DNA from: Eledone cirrhosa
Taxonomy: Eukaryota
NCBI GenBank assembly: GCA_964016885.1
Contig: OZ024746.1
Coordinates: forward strand, 48,174,001-48,238,000
Reading direction: 5' to 3'
Length of the DNA stretch: 64,000 nucleotides
In this document: positions 39,461-52,860 of the stretch, piece by piece
Layout of the letters: every line of letters starts with the position of its first letter
Numbering within the stretch: the first letter of the stretch is position 1
Position numbers and translations under genes: made by a program
Notes under the pieces: model-generated
The model's input: the letters and a program-made list of their open reading frames with translations, nothing else
The model's database searches: none
What the model was told of the DNA's origin: nothing

Positions 39461-40011
39461 TTCATACACTGCTGTTGCCACCACTACTACTACCTCCTCA
39501 CTCTTATGTTCTTATCCAACATGAAAATATATATCTTCACTCAACACAAGCCATATGGAGATTGTAAATACAGTCAGCTTGGCTTGTAATGTTGCTTTAA
39601 TGAATTAATATTGTTTACCTATACTTACAAATACATTTTATCAATGGAACTTGATTCATGAGAGAACATCTGTCAGATTTAACTTTTAATAACTCTCTTG
39701 TATTTTTAGAGTAGCATGTATTACATCAATCTTGAAATATCCTGCTAATAAATTTAATAACTGTACAGAATTGAACACACACACATCCCCCCTCTCTTGC
39801 TCTCACTCTCTCTCTCATAAACACACAAAAGGAAACAGAAATGCAAAAAGTTTTGTTTCAAGGGGTTTCTCTGAGACTTTACCAATGTAAAAAGTCCCCC
39901 TTCAGTCAAGGCTGACCATGGGTTTGCACCTGGAGAGTCTTTCTCAGGGTAAAATGTTTTGTGGAAGATGAGTAGTTGCTGGTGCATCTTGGCAACAGAG
40001 ATGTCTACCAA

Positions 40012-40195
40012 TATAAATAATTGTTTCTACCTTAGGCAAAGACCAGCAATTTGAAGGGGAGGGGAAGTTGATTAAATCGACCCCAGTGCATTACTGGTGC
40101 TTCATTTTATCGACACCATAAGGATGATAGGCAAAGTTAACCTCAGCAGGATTTGAAGTTAGAATGTAAAGGTCCATAACTATGCTGCAAAGCAT
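40012..40195 (-). mobile_element. SINE S1 copy
   Basis: Reverse-complement core motif. Confidence 0.75.
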
Positions 40196-40702
40196 AATGT
40201 GTGACCCTAACATCCATTTTTGTGGGTTCTTTTTGGTGGGGATATTGTCAGTAGAAGGAAACTGCAGAAGTGGTTAGAGATAACCTCAAAATGCTGAAGC
40301 TTGCAGAGAATATTTCGAAGGAATGCTATGTTTGGAGGGACACTATGCTGAAAAAGAGCCATACAATCCAAGCAAGCATGGTGAAGAAAACATAAAAGGA
40401 TGATGACGATGATAGTTGTGATAATGATATCCCCCACACCTACTGTCACTTATAATACACTTTTCGTCCTTCATGCCACCCTCTCCACATCTGTGTGTGT
40501 GTATATATATACACATTTATGCATGTGTGTGTGTGCATGCAGGAGTACGTGCATGTAAGACAATGGACCATGACAGGAGGCGAGATGCTTTGAGATCCAT
40601 TCAGCCATGCAATCATGTTAAAAAGGGCATAAGAATAAGGACATTGATGATAGTCACAAAGTTATATTTGCAGTTACTTTTACTGAGAAATGAATTGTAC
40701 TC

Positions 40703-40706
<4 letters not shown>

Positions 40707-40788
<82 letters not shown>

Positions 40789-40812
40789 AAGAGAGAGAAA
40801 GAGAAAAAGAGA
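40707..40812. repeat. (GA)n microsatellite
   Basis: Direct inspection. Confidence 0.95.
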
Positions 40813-40837
40813 GCTGTGCGTGGGAATGCAATATTCA

Positions 40838-41041
40838 CCCTTTAGCATTTAAACCGGTCATATCCGACCAGAATTCTCTCACCTCTTTCTGTTCAAACCA
40901 GCTGTAACTGGCCACTCATACTGATGAAAGGTATTGTTCCCAAAATAAATATCAAAAATTCATAGATTCGATATTATGTGAAATAAAACCTTTACCACGG
41001 AAATACAATAGTAAATATAGAGTAATGTAAATGTTAAAGGG
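40838..41041 (-). mobile_element. MITE family A copy
   Basis: TIRs recognisable; right TTAA intact. Confidence 0.88.
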
Positions 41042-41683
41042 TTAACAAACTGTTTCATGGCAAATGCAGTTTATATTTTCATAATGTAGTATTACTGCTA
41101 ACATTAACATAGATTGCAGTAGTTGTAAACTAAACACTTAGCTACTACATACTTCATCACAACAATTCCTGCATAAAATGTCTTTAAGGAATCAATACAT
41201 TATGCAAGCCTTTAGCCTTTTTGTGACAATATTTCCAACAGAATATCTTAAATTTTAAATAATTAATAAAGAATCTTAAGAGATTTAGTAAATATTTCAT
41301 GACTAAGAAATTAACTTAACATGGTTTTATATAAAATTACGTTAACAGATTTTGATTTAAATAAAAACCTTTCAAAATTGATGATTTTGTTTCATAGAAC
41401 CAGAGTTAGTTTTGGCGTGGTTGCTATCAAAAGTGTTAAATCATTTTTTGACACAAAAGAGATTAAAAGATGATCCATGCAACTAGCACAGAGATATTAA
41501 ATAAGTAATCTGCTGACTTGGAACTTTGGAAAGTAAGAGGGTTAGACCCCCCCAAAAAAATCCTCATCATATATATCATATATATATATATATATATATA
41601 TAGTTGTGTATAATGGTAGCTATGGTGCTTCCACAGGCGGTATGCCAAAATTAGCACTCGATATTCAGCAGAGTAGAGTGTAG

Positions 41684-41977
41684 ATAGTATAAAGAAAACG
41701 AAAAATCAGTGATGCATCTGGACTTAATTTATTGTGTGCTACAATTGTTTCACCGGCAGGTAGCTCGAGACATGGTCCCTGTATGGATATGGTTGACTCT
41801 ACTGCTGCAGGTTCTTTCAGACATGGGTATTTCGTTCGAAATATTTGAACCTGCAGCAGTAGAGTCAACCAGATCCATACAGGGACCATATCTCGAGCTA
41901 CCTGCCGGCGAAACAATTGCAGCACGCAATAAATTAAGTCCAGATGCATCACTGATTTTTCGTTTTCCTTATACTAT
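41684..41977. mobile_element. Foldback element: 131-bp arms (41684-41814 / 41847-41977), 32-bp spacer
   Basis: About 6 mismatches between arms; (TA)n nearby on both sides; GAAA-caattg-(T/C)A in each arm. Confidence 0.9.
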
Positions 41978-42012
41978 ATATATATATAGATAAGAAATAC
42001 ATTAAAGTTTCA

Positions 42013-42238
42013 TTTACATGTATTTAGTTCTCTATTGTGTATCGATCTGTTATGCGCATTTCACAGAGGATTGGCTTAGGGTCACTCATAGAAGTTAAAT
42101 ATATTCTTTGTTGGATTGCCAGTCTAGAGACCAGATTGATAATGGAGTTGGATCCATAGTTTCTATAGGTGACCCTGAACCAATCTTCTGCGAAACACGC
42201 GTAACAGGTTGATACACAAAGAACTGAATACATGTAAA
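42013..42238. mobile_element. Older foldback element: ~83-bp arms (42013-42097 / 42157-42238)
   Basis: Arms align as inverted repeats at roughly 80% identity; GAAA-hexamer-TA in each. Confidence 0.8.
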
Positions 42239-45200
42239 CAATACTGTTTTTTTTAATGTATACACTCTGCCTGTGCATCAAGTGCTCATCTTGGTACCAC
42301 CAGCAGTAATTCAGTGAATCACATACAATATATATATATATATATATGGAATTTACCACTAACACCTACACAAGTTTAGTTTGTCTCCTATGAAGACGCA
42401 TCTCTTAGGAGGTTTATCAGATGTACAAATGGTAGGAGCCCCAGTTATATGTGTATGTGTGTAACACACACACACACATATATATAGGCACACACATGCA
42501 CATACGTAAATAGTGTGGTTTGTGACTTGAAACTGTTCAAAACCACTTTCTTAATGCAGTTGTTAGCCCAGTAGCGGATGTATATATGTTTAGAGATGTA
42601 GGATAACAGTGCTCAAACATGTGTGTGTGTGTTTGTATATATGTATTAGAACTAGAAGCGCTATAATAAACAAACTTTCAGAATCAATAAAATGTGTTAC
42701 AAATATTAGTTGATTAGAGTGAAAGTTAGGTGACATGAGATCAAACTTGATATTTTCACAAGATGTAAATGGACATTTAGATAAGAATTTTTTCTGTTTC
42801 ATTATCATTTCATTCTATAAGCTTTTCTTTACAAAATAGAGTTTCATCAATAACTATACAATCTGTCTCTACCAATAAAATGAAACATTACAAAGAAAAT
42901 GGTAACAGAATTTTCTGAAAATGCTATTTTAAATAAAATTAGTAGTGCTTAAAAGGTTAAAAATGTAAGATAAGTTAATGCTTTCCAACATGTTAAAGAA
43001 GGCACACACCAATGTAAACAACCAGTTGAAAATATATCTATAGATTTTTCTCCTCTAAATACAATTCAATCTTTAGTCAATTTGAATTTTGGAGTCATCT
43101 CCTTTGTCGTTCTTTGCATGAGTTATCAATATTAATCATTTTTGTTCATTATAAATATAATTTAATTGACTAAATATTTGGGAAATGAGTGGCTCTCATG
43201 ACATCAAGTATGTTACCCCCCCCCCCCCCCCCCCCACTACCCGCTTAGCATACATTGATTGTTTCTAATTATCTCTGTATGTCATAAGAGGCGACTAAAA
43301 GGTTTCCAACCTGGTCGGGTATCTGGCTCTAAAATTACTATAATAAATTTCATGTAATCCAAAGATAAACTGTATAAGGCATGGATCATCATTATCATTT
43401 TATATTCATTTTTCCATGCAATGGACGGGTCATCATGGTCTGAGAATCATGTGTTGCTCATATGTTTCATTTTTAACATGGCTTCTACAGCTGGATGCCC
43501 TTCCTAACAGTGACCATTTTAGAGAGGGTAGTGGGGGGCATCTTATCGTGGAACCAGTACTGCCACTTTATAGAATGTACTGGATGCATTTTATCAGGAT
43601 ATATCAGTAGAAGAAATGTCTCCAGTTTGGAGTGACACTCACGAACTGGAGAAATATACAAACTGAAGAATTATAGTAACTGGAATATTAAAGCATTAAA
43701 TCAAATGATTATGCTTGAATTTAAAAATAATTAGCTGTTGTAACATTTCTGTACTAGAAATAACTAATAATGGTATTTGGAATACAGAAATCAATTAACT
43801 GTTCACAAAACAAACAGGGGTGATGATATATGTCTAATAAATCCATGTAGACAGACGAGCAATTGGATACCATCAAATTATTGTATAAAACTAATGTAAT
43901 TAGAACATACTAATGAACAACAAAATAAGACAAAAGTACAAAAACAAAAAAAAATTAATGATAGCATACAAATATAGATAGATTGCTTTTATTTTTAATA
44001 CAGTAGCCCCACTGCAGTACTGACTTGGTCTATGTAGACCTGTCCAACCCTTTCTAGTAGGGAAGGCAGATATTAAAGCAAAAATGATGAACAGTATGCA
44101 ATATTTCATAAATCATAATGAAAGAAACATAGAGTAAATATAACTATGATCTGTAGTATTTATTAAAGCAACTAGTCACATTGAAGTTGAAAGACAAAGA
44201 ATACATGCAGGAATAAATACAATACAATCTAATTGTCAAAATAATGAAGGAGACTTTACATCATAGATGTAGGAAAGGTTTTGGCATCTGGAGTAAATTA
44301 CAAGTGGATATGTAACTCGAGAGATGTAATTGTGGTGAGAAAAATAATCAGTCTTGAAGAGTACAAATTTATAGATTTGTAAATTATATTTAATAACTGT
44401 TTTAGATTTTAGGCTTAACTTTTTTTGCAAAACTCTTGTGTTGTATAGTTGCATGAAATATAATATAAATGTTAGCCTCAGATTGTTTTCTGAATGAAAC
44501 TGAGAAGATATTTTTTGGCTCCTATATCTTGAAGTTATTTTTATTTCTTAATTAGATTCCTAATACTACACAGAAAAATAGATTGAGAGAAAGATATTGT
44601 GGCTTCATCATCGTTAAGATAGTAATTAATGATAAAATCATGAAAAATAAATATTTACAAGCCCTCTTACCAAAGAAATATCACAACTGGTAGACCAAAT
44701 AAGAGAAAATGAAATTTAAACCCTCAAAGATTTAATCCTTTAATTATTCCACTAAACATGAAGCATGTGTTTTTATCTAAAAATATTGTACAAATTTAGA
44801 AAGAATGGTGACTGATCTCTTGAAAAAGTAAAAAAAGAAACCCACATCTTCAACATTACAATCTCTCTAGTCATAAAGTATAGGATACTTAAAACCATAT
44901 TACCTACTAATGGTTCATCTCAACATCTCATCTCACAGCAACCCTGCATTCTTCATATAGGCATTTAAATAAAACCCTAGGATTTCTTTTCAGAACTAGA
45001 AAATACTTCAGTCTAGTAAAACTGGTAACTCATTACAAAGCATTTTAAAATTGAGTGCTGCTCATATTTCTGGGATGGTGCACTCATTATACATAGTCAC
45101 ACACTAGATCAAGAAAAAAAACAAAAAAACATTCATATAAGAGGCAAGCTTTCACTCACCAAGACTTTATGTTTGGCTCACAGCTAAGGCTTGTATTACT

Positions 45201-45622
45201 TTTATACCTTCATCCACAAACTACATTTCTTCCTACTTTTATAATTATAAGCTGCATTGCCACTACATTTTAGTTAGAGCTGAAGAATTGCGAACAAGAA
45301 TACTAGGCAATTAGGCAACATCCCTAGTCACTCAACCTGGTAAAAATAACAATCAAATTCTCCTGAAAGAAGATTTTACTATAAAAAAGAGAAAAAGAAG
45401 CATACTGGATAATGTATTCTTGGATATATTTATGTAAAAATAAGATGGCATTGTGATGGTAAGAATGCTTTGAGTTCACCTGGAACTAGACATTAACAAT
45501 AGATGTTATAAGTTGATTTCTATGTCACCTAATCATAGGGGGGAATTATACCTGAAAGATGCAGTACAGGGAGGAATAAAAGAAATAATCTAATCTCTTT
45601 TCCAGACCATTTCTGTTTCAGT

Positions 45623-45818
45623 AGGGCGGTGAATTGGCAGTATTTGTAGAGGGTTGGACGCCATGCTTTCTAGCATAGTTACGTCCCTTTACGGTCTGAG
45701 TTCAAATCCCGTCGAGGTTAACTTTGCCTTTCATCCTTACGGGGTTGATAAAATAAAGCACCAGTAATGTACTGGGTAATTGCTGGCCTTGTGCCAAAAG
45801 TAGAAACAATTATATTAT
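45623..45818 (+). mobile_element. SINE S1 full-length copy
   Basis: A-box-like head, B-box, core, tail. Confidence 0.88.
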
Positions 45819-46835
45819 AGAGTTGGGTGGCAAAATCGGTAAAGCATCAGACAGAATACAGTGTTTTTATGTCACATCACTTTACGGTCTGAGATTAAGA
45901 TAAAATTCTAGCTAAGTACACCGAACCATTGATCTTTCTACTTTCTGAGGATGGTAAAGTAAGCATCAATTGATAAAATAAGTACACTTTAGACAATGTA
46001 CTTAACTATACCCTAGAAGGTAGTGCCCTAGCCAAACCACAACACAATGATTAAAACTAGTAAAAGAATTAACGAATACAGAATCACTTGTTAGTTTGCA
46101 GTTAGTTTCATGGTTCATGTCTGTCAATTTTCTTCTGTTCTTATCCTCCTTATGTTAGCAAGGCCAGAAAGTTTCAGTACTTTGTTCTCAGTGCTACATG
46201 ACAATAACTTAGAACTTCATTAGGAAAGAACCACCTGATACTTTATCTTTTCGGTCATTGTGACTTCTTAATGCCTAATATTCCTATTACATCCTGGTGT
46301 GAACATAAATCTGTTGTATTTACATTAAGTTAAACTGTAGTCATTTAACATGACAGAAGCATTATCTCTGAAATATCAGAATGGTATAATTAATTTCAGC
46401 TTTTGTATTAAACCAAAATAAATAAATAATAAAATGCCAGACTGGTTCGTTTCTGAGATAAAGTTACTATCTTAATTAATAAAGGATTAATTAATCTCAA
46501 TAAAGAATGGCAGTATGAAACAGACTATCAACAAAAGTACTTGGAAAATACGAGTTGGAGTTTTATTTTATTTTCAAAGGTAGATGAAACAACACAGGAG
46601 AAAATTAAAGAAGCAGAGAGATTATGATTTGGGATTAGCTAATAATGCCTCTGATTACTATGGCACTACATACACACTGCCTTTAAAAACTGTGATGCAA
46701 TTTATCTTTCTATGCTATGCATGCAGGGTCTAATAACTCCTGAGCGAGTCACGGGGCACTGTATTGACATACATAAAAATATGTTAGACCATTACTCATC
46801 AGAGTACTCGATACTTGTGGTAGTAGAGTGTGGTA

Positions 46836-46963
46836 ATATGAAAGAGTCGGGACCTTGATGGTTGAGCTCTTGCAATTTCAACAGCTAGTATTGAACCAGA
46901 TAGTTCGGAACTAGCTGTTGAAATGGCAAGAGCTCAGCCATTGGGTTTCCGACTCTTTCATAT
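46836..46963. mobile_element. 128-nt hairpin/foldback element abutting (TA)n
   Basis: ATATGAAAGAGTCGG...CAACAGCTAGT / ACTAGCTGTTG...CCGACTCTTTCATAT. Confidence 0.85.
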
Positions 46964-47439
46964 ATAGATATATATATGTCAATGATGATGGAGTTAGATA
47001 ATAGAGAAAATTGGTATTATATCATAGTTATGGAAGATGGAAAATTAAGTACTGGTGTTGAATCACTTAACTACAATCAGTTCCTAACAAAATTGGTCTT
47101 TTAATATCTTGTCGAAAGAATTCTTTATTATTATTACTCCTACTATTACTACAAAGTTATTTCCATTATTACTACTACTATTACCACAAAGTTTTGTAAT
47201 ATATTTATAAAAAATAAAAACGAAGAAAAAAAATGCACCATTCAAAATAATATCCCTGAAGATTTAGAGAAAATTTTACCAAAAATAAAATATAACAAAA
47301 AATTTGAATGGTTACTTTTTTTTCTCTTGAGATACAATATTACAACTATCAATATTATTATTCAGTCAATTTCCTAAATTATTATTCCAATTTTTTTGTC
47401 ATACATTATACAATATGGTACTTTTTACTCAAGAAATTT

Positions 47440-47710
47440 CCTTAAACCTCCAGAGAAAAAAATAAAAAAAAATAAAATAAAATAAATGACCATGCTGTGC
47501 TATTATCTGAATGAATTTTTCTATTTCATCTTCGAAAATTGAATATAAAAAGAAAGAAGTCAATACAAAGAAGAAAAGAGAAAAAGGCAAACGGAAAAAA
47601 AATGGAAGAAAAGAAAAATAAGGAAGAAGAAAAAAAACAAGAAAAAAATGAAATAAAAAATAAGAGGGAAAGAATATAGAAGATGAGAGCATGAAAATGA
47701 AAGGAAAATA
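47440..47710. repeat. A/G-rich low-complexity tract
   Basis: Direct inspection. Confidence 0.8.
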
Positions 47711-47900
47711 GGTGAAACAGCTTTAAATGTAGCCCATGGGTCGAAAACTTCCCATTTTGCAGCAATTGAACAGCTGTGCAATTATTTTGCAATGATAGGA
47801 TAGTTTAGCTTAGTTTCCATAAGTAAACGCCAGAGCTAAAAGCAGAACTAGCTTTACTGAAGCTTGATATATGGTATTAAATTATAAAAAGAAAGATAAT

Positions 47901-47935
<35 letters not shown>

Positions 47936-47978
47936 TATAATTTAACATCATCATTTAACATCTATCTTCCACGCTAGC

Positions 47979-48009
<31 letters not shown>

Positions 48010-48523
48010 AAAAGAAAAAAATAGAAAAAAATCTCGATATCATTTGACAACGTTTACACATATTCAATATGTCAGCACAAAAGCAAATGTAAAGAAAAAT
48101 TGTAGAGAAACACAAGTAAGAAAAAAATTAAAAGAGTAGAAAAAAAAATTCCTAATGCAAAAATATAGCTAATAATCTACTTTAAATGCAACCAGCAATA
48201 TGGAAATGTTTGAATTGCAACCATGATAAAATAGAGGAATCTAATTCTGACCATTAATGTACCTTGACCTCTTGTCATATCAAAGTTACTGATACTAACA
48301 CAAGTTATAAACAAAATAGTTGAATGCATATCTAACATATTGCTATAAGAAAGTACATTTTACATTTCACATTTACAAGCACACTGCATTTTACATTTAT
48401 TCAATTTCTTTTATTAATGTTTTTATACTATTAGCAAAGAACAATCAGATATTCTATAGCCTCATGTAGTGATAGTTATATGGTCCATGTCCTGTCTGTA
48501 AAACTTTCTTTTCTCTGTCTTAA

Positions 48524-48742
48524 ACCTTTAGCATTTACATTACTCTATATATACTATTGTATTTTCATGGTAAACACTATTTCACATAATTATCTCACAT
48601 AATATTGAATATACGAGATTTTAATATTATTTATTTTGAGAACAATAATTTAACATAAATATGAGCAGCCGGTTATGGCTGATTTGAACAGAAAGAGGTG
48701 AGAGAATTCTGGGCGGATATGACGGGTTTAAATGCTAAAGTG
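48524..48742 (+). mobile_element. MITE family A copy
   Basis: Homology to 802-1007. Confidence 0.85.
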
Positions 48743-50774
48743 TGAAGTTAATATTCATCCTATCTCTTGTATTTCTAAATTAATTACTGTGTGTGCATAA
48801 CTCAGTTTTATAACATAGCTACACTATATCCTTGTGTGTCATAAGAAGTGACACAATTAATATGAACACCTTGGAGTAAAACACTTCCTGAAAAAGGTAA
48901 CCTTGATGACTATAACATTGCCATGGAATCTGCAAGAGTTAACTCCTTGCTTTAGCAGAGAAATTGGTCACAAAAACGTGTTGGCTGTATGTTGGCCTCT
49001 AAAAGAAATGATGATTCGTGTATTGTTACAATAATATCAACATATTGAGACATCATCAGAACTTTTCTAAATGTCTGGAACAGAGTGAACTCCACAAAGG
49101 CCTTCTAAAGCCAGTTGGTGATGCTAAACTGGACAAAAGATTAAGTCTACCATACAAGAGCACTTACATAAAGAACAAAACTAATAAAAAATATGTTTAA
49201 GAGAATGTATTTATTTATTTACTCAATGCACTAGAGCAACAAACGACATAGTCAATAGCTTAACATTTCAGCATTAGAGTTACTCCTTAAGTATGTTAGA
49301 CTGCATCTACCTTAGGTAAGTGCAGACTATTATTTGAGTAATAATATTACATTTATAAATACTCAATAAAGAATTTTATAGTATTCCAGAAGTTTAATGT
49401 TAAAACTTCATAGGGAAATTATGGCTATGGTATTCAAAATTATAGCTGAGATACTCTACATTCTAGATATATAGCACATCCTTCCTCTTAATAAAGTTGC
49501 TGCAATTAAAAGACACCTGATACCTGAAAATAATATGGGTGAAACAAATGTCTCTAAGTAAAAAATCTTTGTTCTACTCTTATTTTTGTATCTCTACTTA
49601 AAAAAAGATTCAGCTTCTAAAGAGAAAATTAATAATAGAATGAACCAAGATTATTTCCAGACTTTGTTAGGTGATACCACAGACATGTATATCAATAGAT
49701 AAAGACAAGTTGGGAATCCCGACCAGACTTTCAAAGAAAACTTGCTTCTAATCTAAAATTATTTCATTATATAATCCCAACCAAGAACACCTGGTAGCAA
49801 ACCTTGTAACATTTGGTTAGTGAGAAGGGAGGGAAGAAGAACAACAAAAAGAATGTTCTCATTTCAACTTTTGCTGTTCTTACCAAAACATCTCATAAAA
49901 GCACTTGCAGGAGGTTACTTATGTAGTTTCTGAAAGATGCATCACATAATTATAATTAAGATACAGGATCTAAAACATAGGTAATTTAATATGATCTTAC
50001 ACTGTCAACAATTTCAGATTTAAACACTAGAACAGAAGAAAATAAGATGGATGGGCTACCTAAAACCTCAACACAAAAGAAATTAACAAAATAATTAACC
50101 CAAAAGCTTATAACATAACTATTTTTAAAATAAAAAAAAAACTTTAACAAAAGAAATATTTTTTAAATGTCAGACTAAAATTTGTTTTCATAGCTTTTTA
50201 AAAGTAACCAAAGCAACAACAATAATAAATAAATAAGAAAGAAAAAGAATGATTTTTTTTGTTGTTGTCATATGTTTAACAGTTTATAATGAATAAACCT
50301 TAAAAATGCCAATCATTTATAATTGAAAAGGGAGTGAGGAAATATGGCATTTTTAGTTGAGTATTGCAGAATAGATAAGTTGAAGGAAAATGTCAGGCTA
50401 GAATATGCACAACTCCTGAGAACAGTTTTACTGATCCATCAACTTCTCATCACAAAAACACACAACCTACTACATCCACAGATAATTGATGTTTTCCTTT
50501 TGTTTGCCTTTTTACAATTACTATAACAGGCTCTATTCGAAAGTGTGTAGGCTTAAATTCTATAAGGTTATTCAACTTGCTGGAAATAGCAACCAAATCT
50601 CCTCCAGGTAACACCTTGGGTGCATTTAGTAGACTCCACTCTGCTGCTGCAAATATTTGGATCAGGTTCCCAGTTTGAAAATACATTCTCCTGTCCCTCC
50701 TACTAAATTCAGAGGTTTGGGAAAAGTTCCATAGACAATTCCTTTCTCACCATGACTAAAGGGTAAAGATCCCT

Positions 50775-51060
50775 TCAGTCAAGAATGACCATGAGATTTG
50801 GACCTAGAAATTTCCTCTCATGAGGCACAAATCTGGGCAAGTTTATTTGTGGAAGATCAGCAGTCGCCCATGCATAGCAGTCTCCTCTCTCCATGCCACT
50901 GATGTTCTCCAAGGGAAATGTTGATACAGCTTGGCACCAGTGACATTGTAACTTATTTCTACAGCTGAGTGAACTGGAGTAATATGAAATAGTGTCTTGC
51001 TCAAGGACACTACACACCACTCGGTCCAGGAATCAAACTCACAAGCTCACAATTGTAAGC
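50775..51060 (-). mobile_element. SINE S2 copy
   Basis: Reverse-complement homology to 35790-36085. Confidence 0.7.
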
Positions 51061-52860
51061 CCAGGTAAAATAAAACAAAAAAACGACTAATAAATATCAT
51101 CAAATTCAGAGTAAACATCCCATCTTTCAAATAAAAATTAGTTTTCTTTTCAAATTAAATAACCTTGCAATTTTGTATTTTAAACTTATTATTAACTATT
51201 GAGAAATATATTCACTCATCCCTTAGCTATCAAGCCAATATATAGAATCAGTAGGTTTATTTAGCTTCATGAAAAGATATTCACTGAACAGAAGAATTCT
51301 TTTTCTTCCATCCAAACTACAGAATTCTATTAAAAGATGGGTTGGTGTAGATAGTTGTTTGATTTCAATACAAAGATTTTTTGGTATGCATGGGAGAAGA
51401 AACATCATCATCAGCATCGTTTTTATGTCTTAAATGGGTTGAAAAATTGTTGATATATCAAAATAATTATTTTGGCCATTATATAAAGATACAAGAAGAA
51501 AATATTTGTATAAAAACAGTAGGAGACTACAAACAATAGGTAAGGATCAAATGTTTCTTTCTAGCCAAGATAGTATATTAAAATGAGTGAGTAAACTGCT
51601 GTGAAGATATATGAATTAGATGAGATCACAGTATCCAATAGGGTGGTGGTGGTGGTGGTGTGTGTGTGTGCGTGGGTGTGGGTGTGTGTGTGGGTGGGTG
51701 GGTGTGGGCGGGGGGGGGGGGGGTTTACAAAAATCAACTGACAAAGGCTAGAACAAACTAAACAAGGTGCAAGTTCTTTGATACTATATATGTGGTAAAG
51801 GCAACTGAAGAATTTGATGAAGCAAACAAGACAGGTAGTATAAACAAAATAATTTTCTGCAACAGACACAAAATCACAATCTGCCAAAAGAGATTAATGG
51901 CACTCAGCAAAATTAAGTATACATTTGTTTTAAGAAAACTTTTGAAGAAAAAGAAAATGAAGCTTATTATCAAATTACAAAGTACAGTTTAAAAAACAGA
52001 TGGCATTAAACCATTTTCAGATAAATTGATTAGTTGTGAAATATCTAAAGAGCTATGGACATTGAAGTATCTTGACATGTGCTAGAATGATGTTGAGCAA
52101 AGAAATTCAAACAAACACATTGAAAAATAAAGATTAATAAATGCATGGCTGGGAGATATAAGTAAATAAGTAATATTAGCCAATGATAATAGTAGCTTTG
52201 CAGTCAGTCAATTGGGCTCCACAACAAATCAATAATAGGCTTTCTTAGAGCAGCTTATTTCAATCATCTGAAGTAGCTGATAAAGGGACTAGCTCGTGGT
52301 AGAATTACAAAATAGTTTAATGCTATGCAACAGAAAGAGAGAAAGAAAAATATGAAGATGCGAACAGGCAAATTACAAAATTAGTATTGATAGAATTGAC
52401 TTTCTTCTTCAGCTGATTGCCACAAGAAGAAATATTTGTAATAATATCAGAAAATGGAAGAAATGATATAAGTTGATGAGCAATTCATTTAATGCTGTAT
52501 CTACATTATGAAGAAAAACTGGGTACAATTACAAACCATGGAAAAAAAGAAATCTAGAGTTATTTGCTTGGTCAGTAAAGGTCAACAGATTCACCTCAAT
52601 TATAATCCCAAAATAATTACAAGAGGATTACCAGGTGGAAGTAGCATGCTAACAGCATTAAAGTAGAAAAGCAATATCAGCAGCACCAAACTCACTAATA
52701 TTTGCTATGAAAAAAAAATCAATATACATAACTTAAAATATTTCACTTGGTCCACTAGGCTCCAAATTTACATTTAACCCTTTATAAACACGGTGAATTA
52801 ATGTTTAACAAGGTAAACAGAAGTTTACAGATTTGACATTTTCATCAATTTTATTATAAA

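Noticed and set aside
41665-41993. Two near-identical ORFs on opposite strands (MMHLDLIYCVLQLF...)
   Set aside because: Direct consequence of the palindrome
47429-47792. Phe-rich membrane-like ORFs (also 60251-60455)
   Set aside because: Reverse translation of A/G-rich low-complexity DNA
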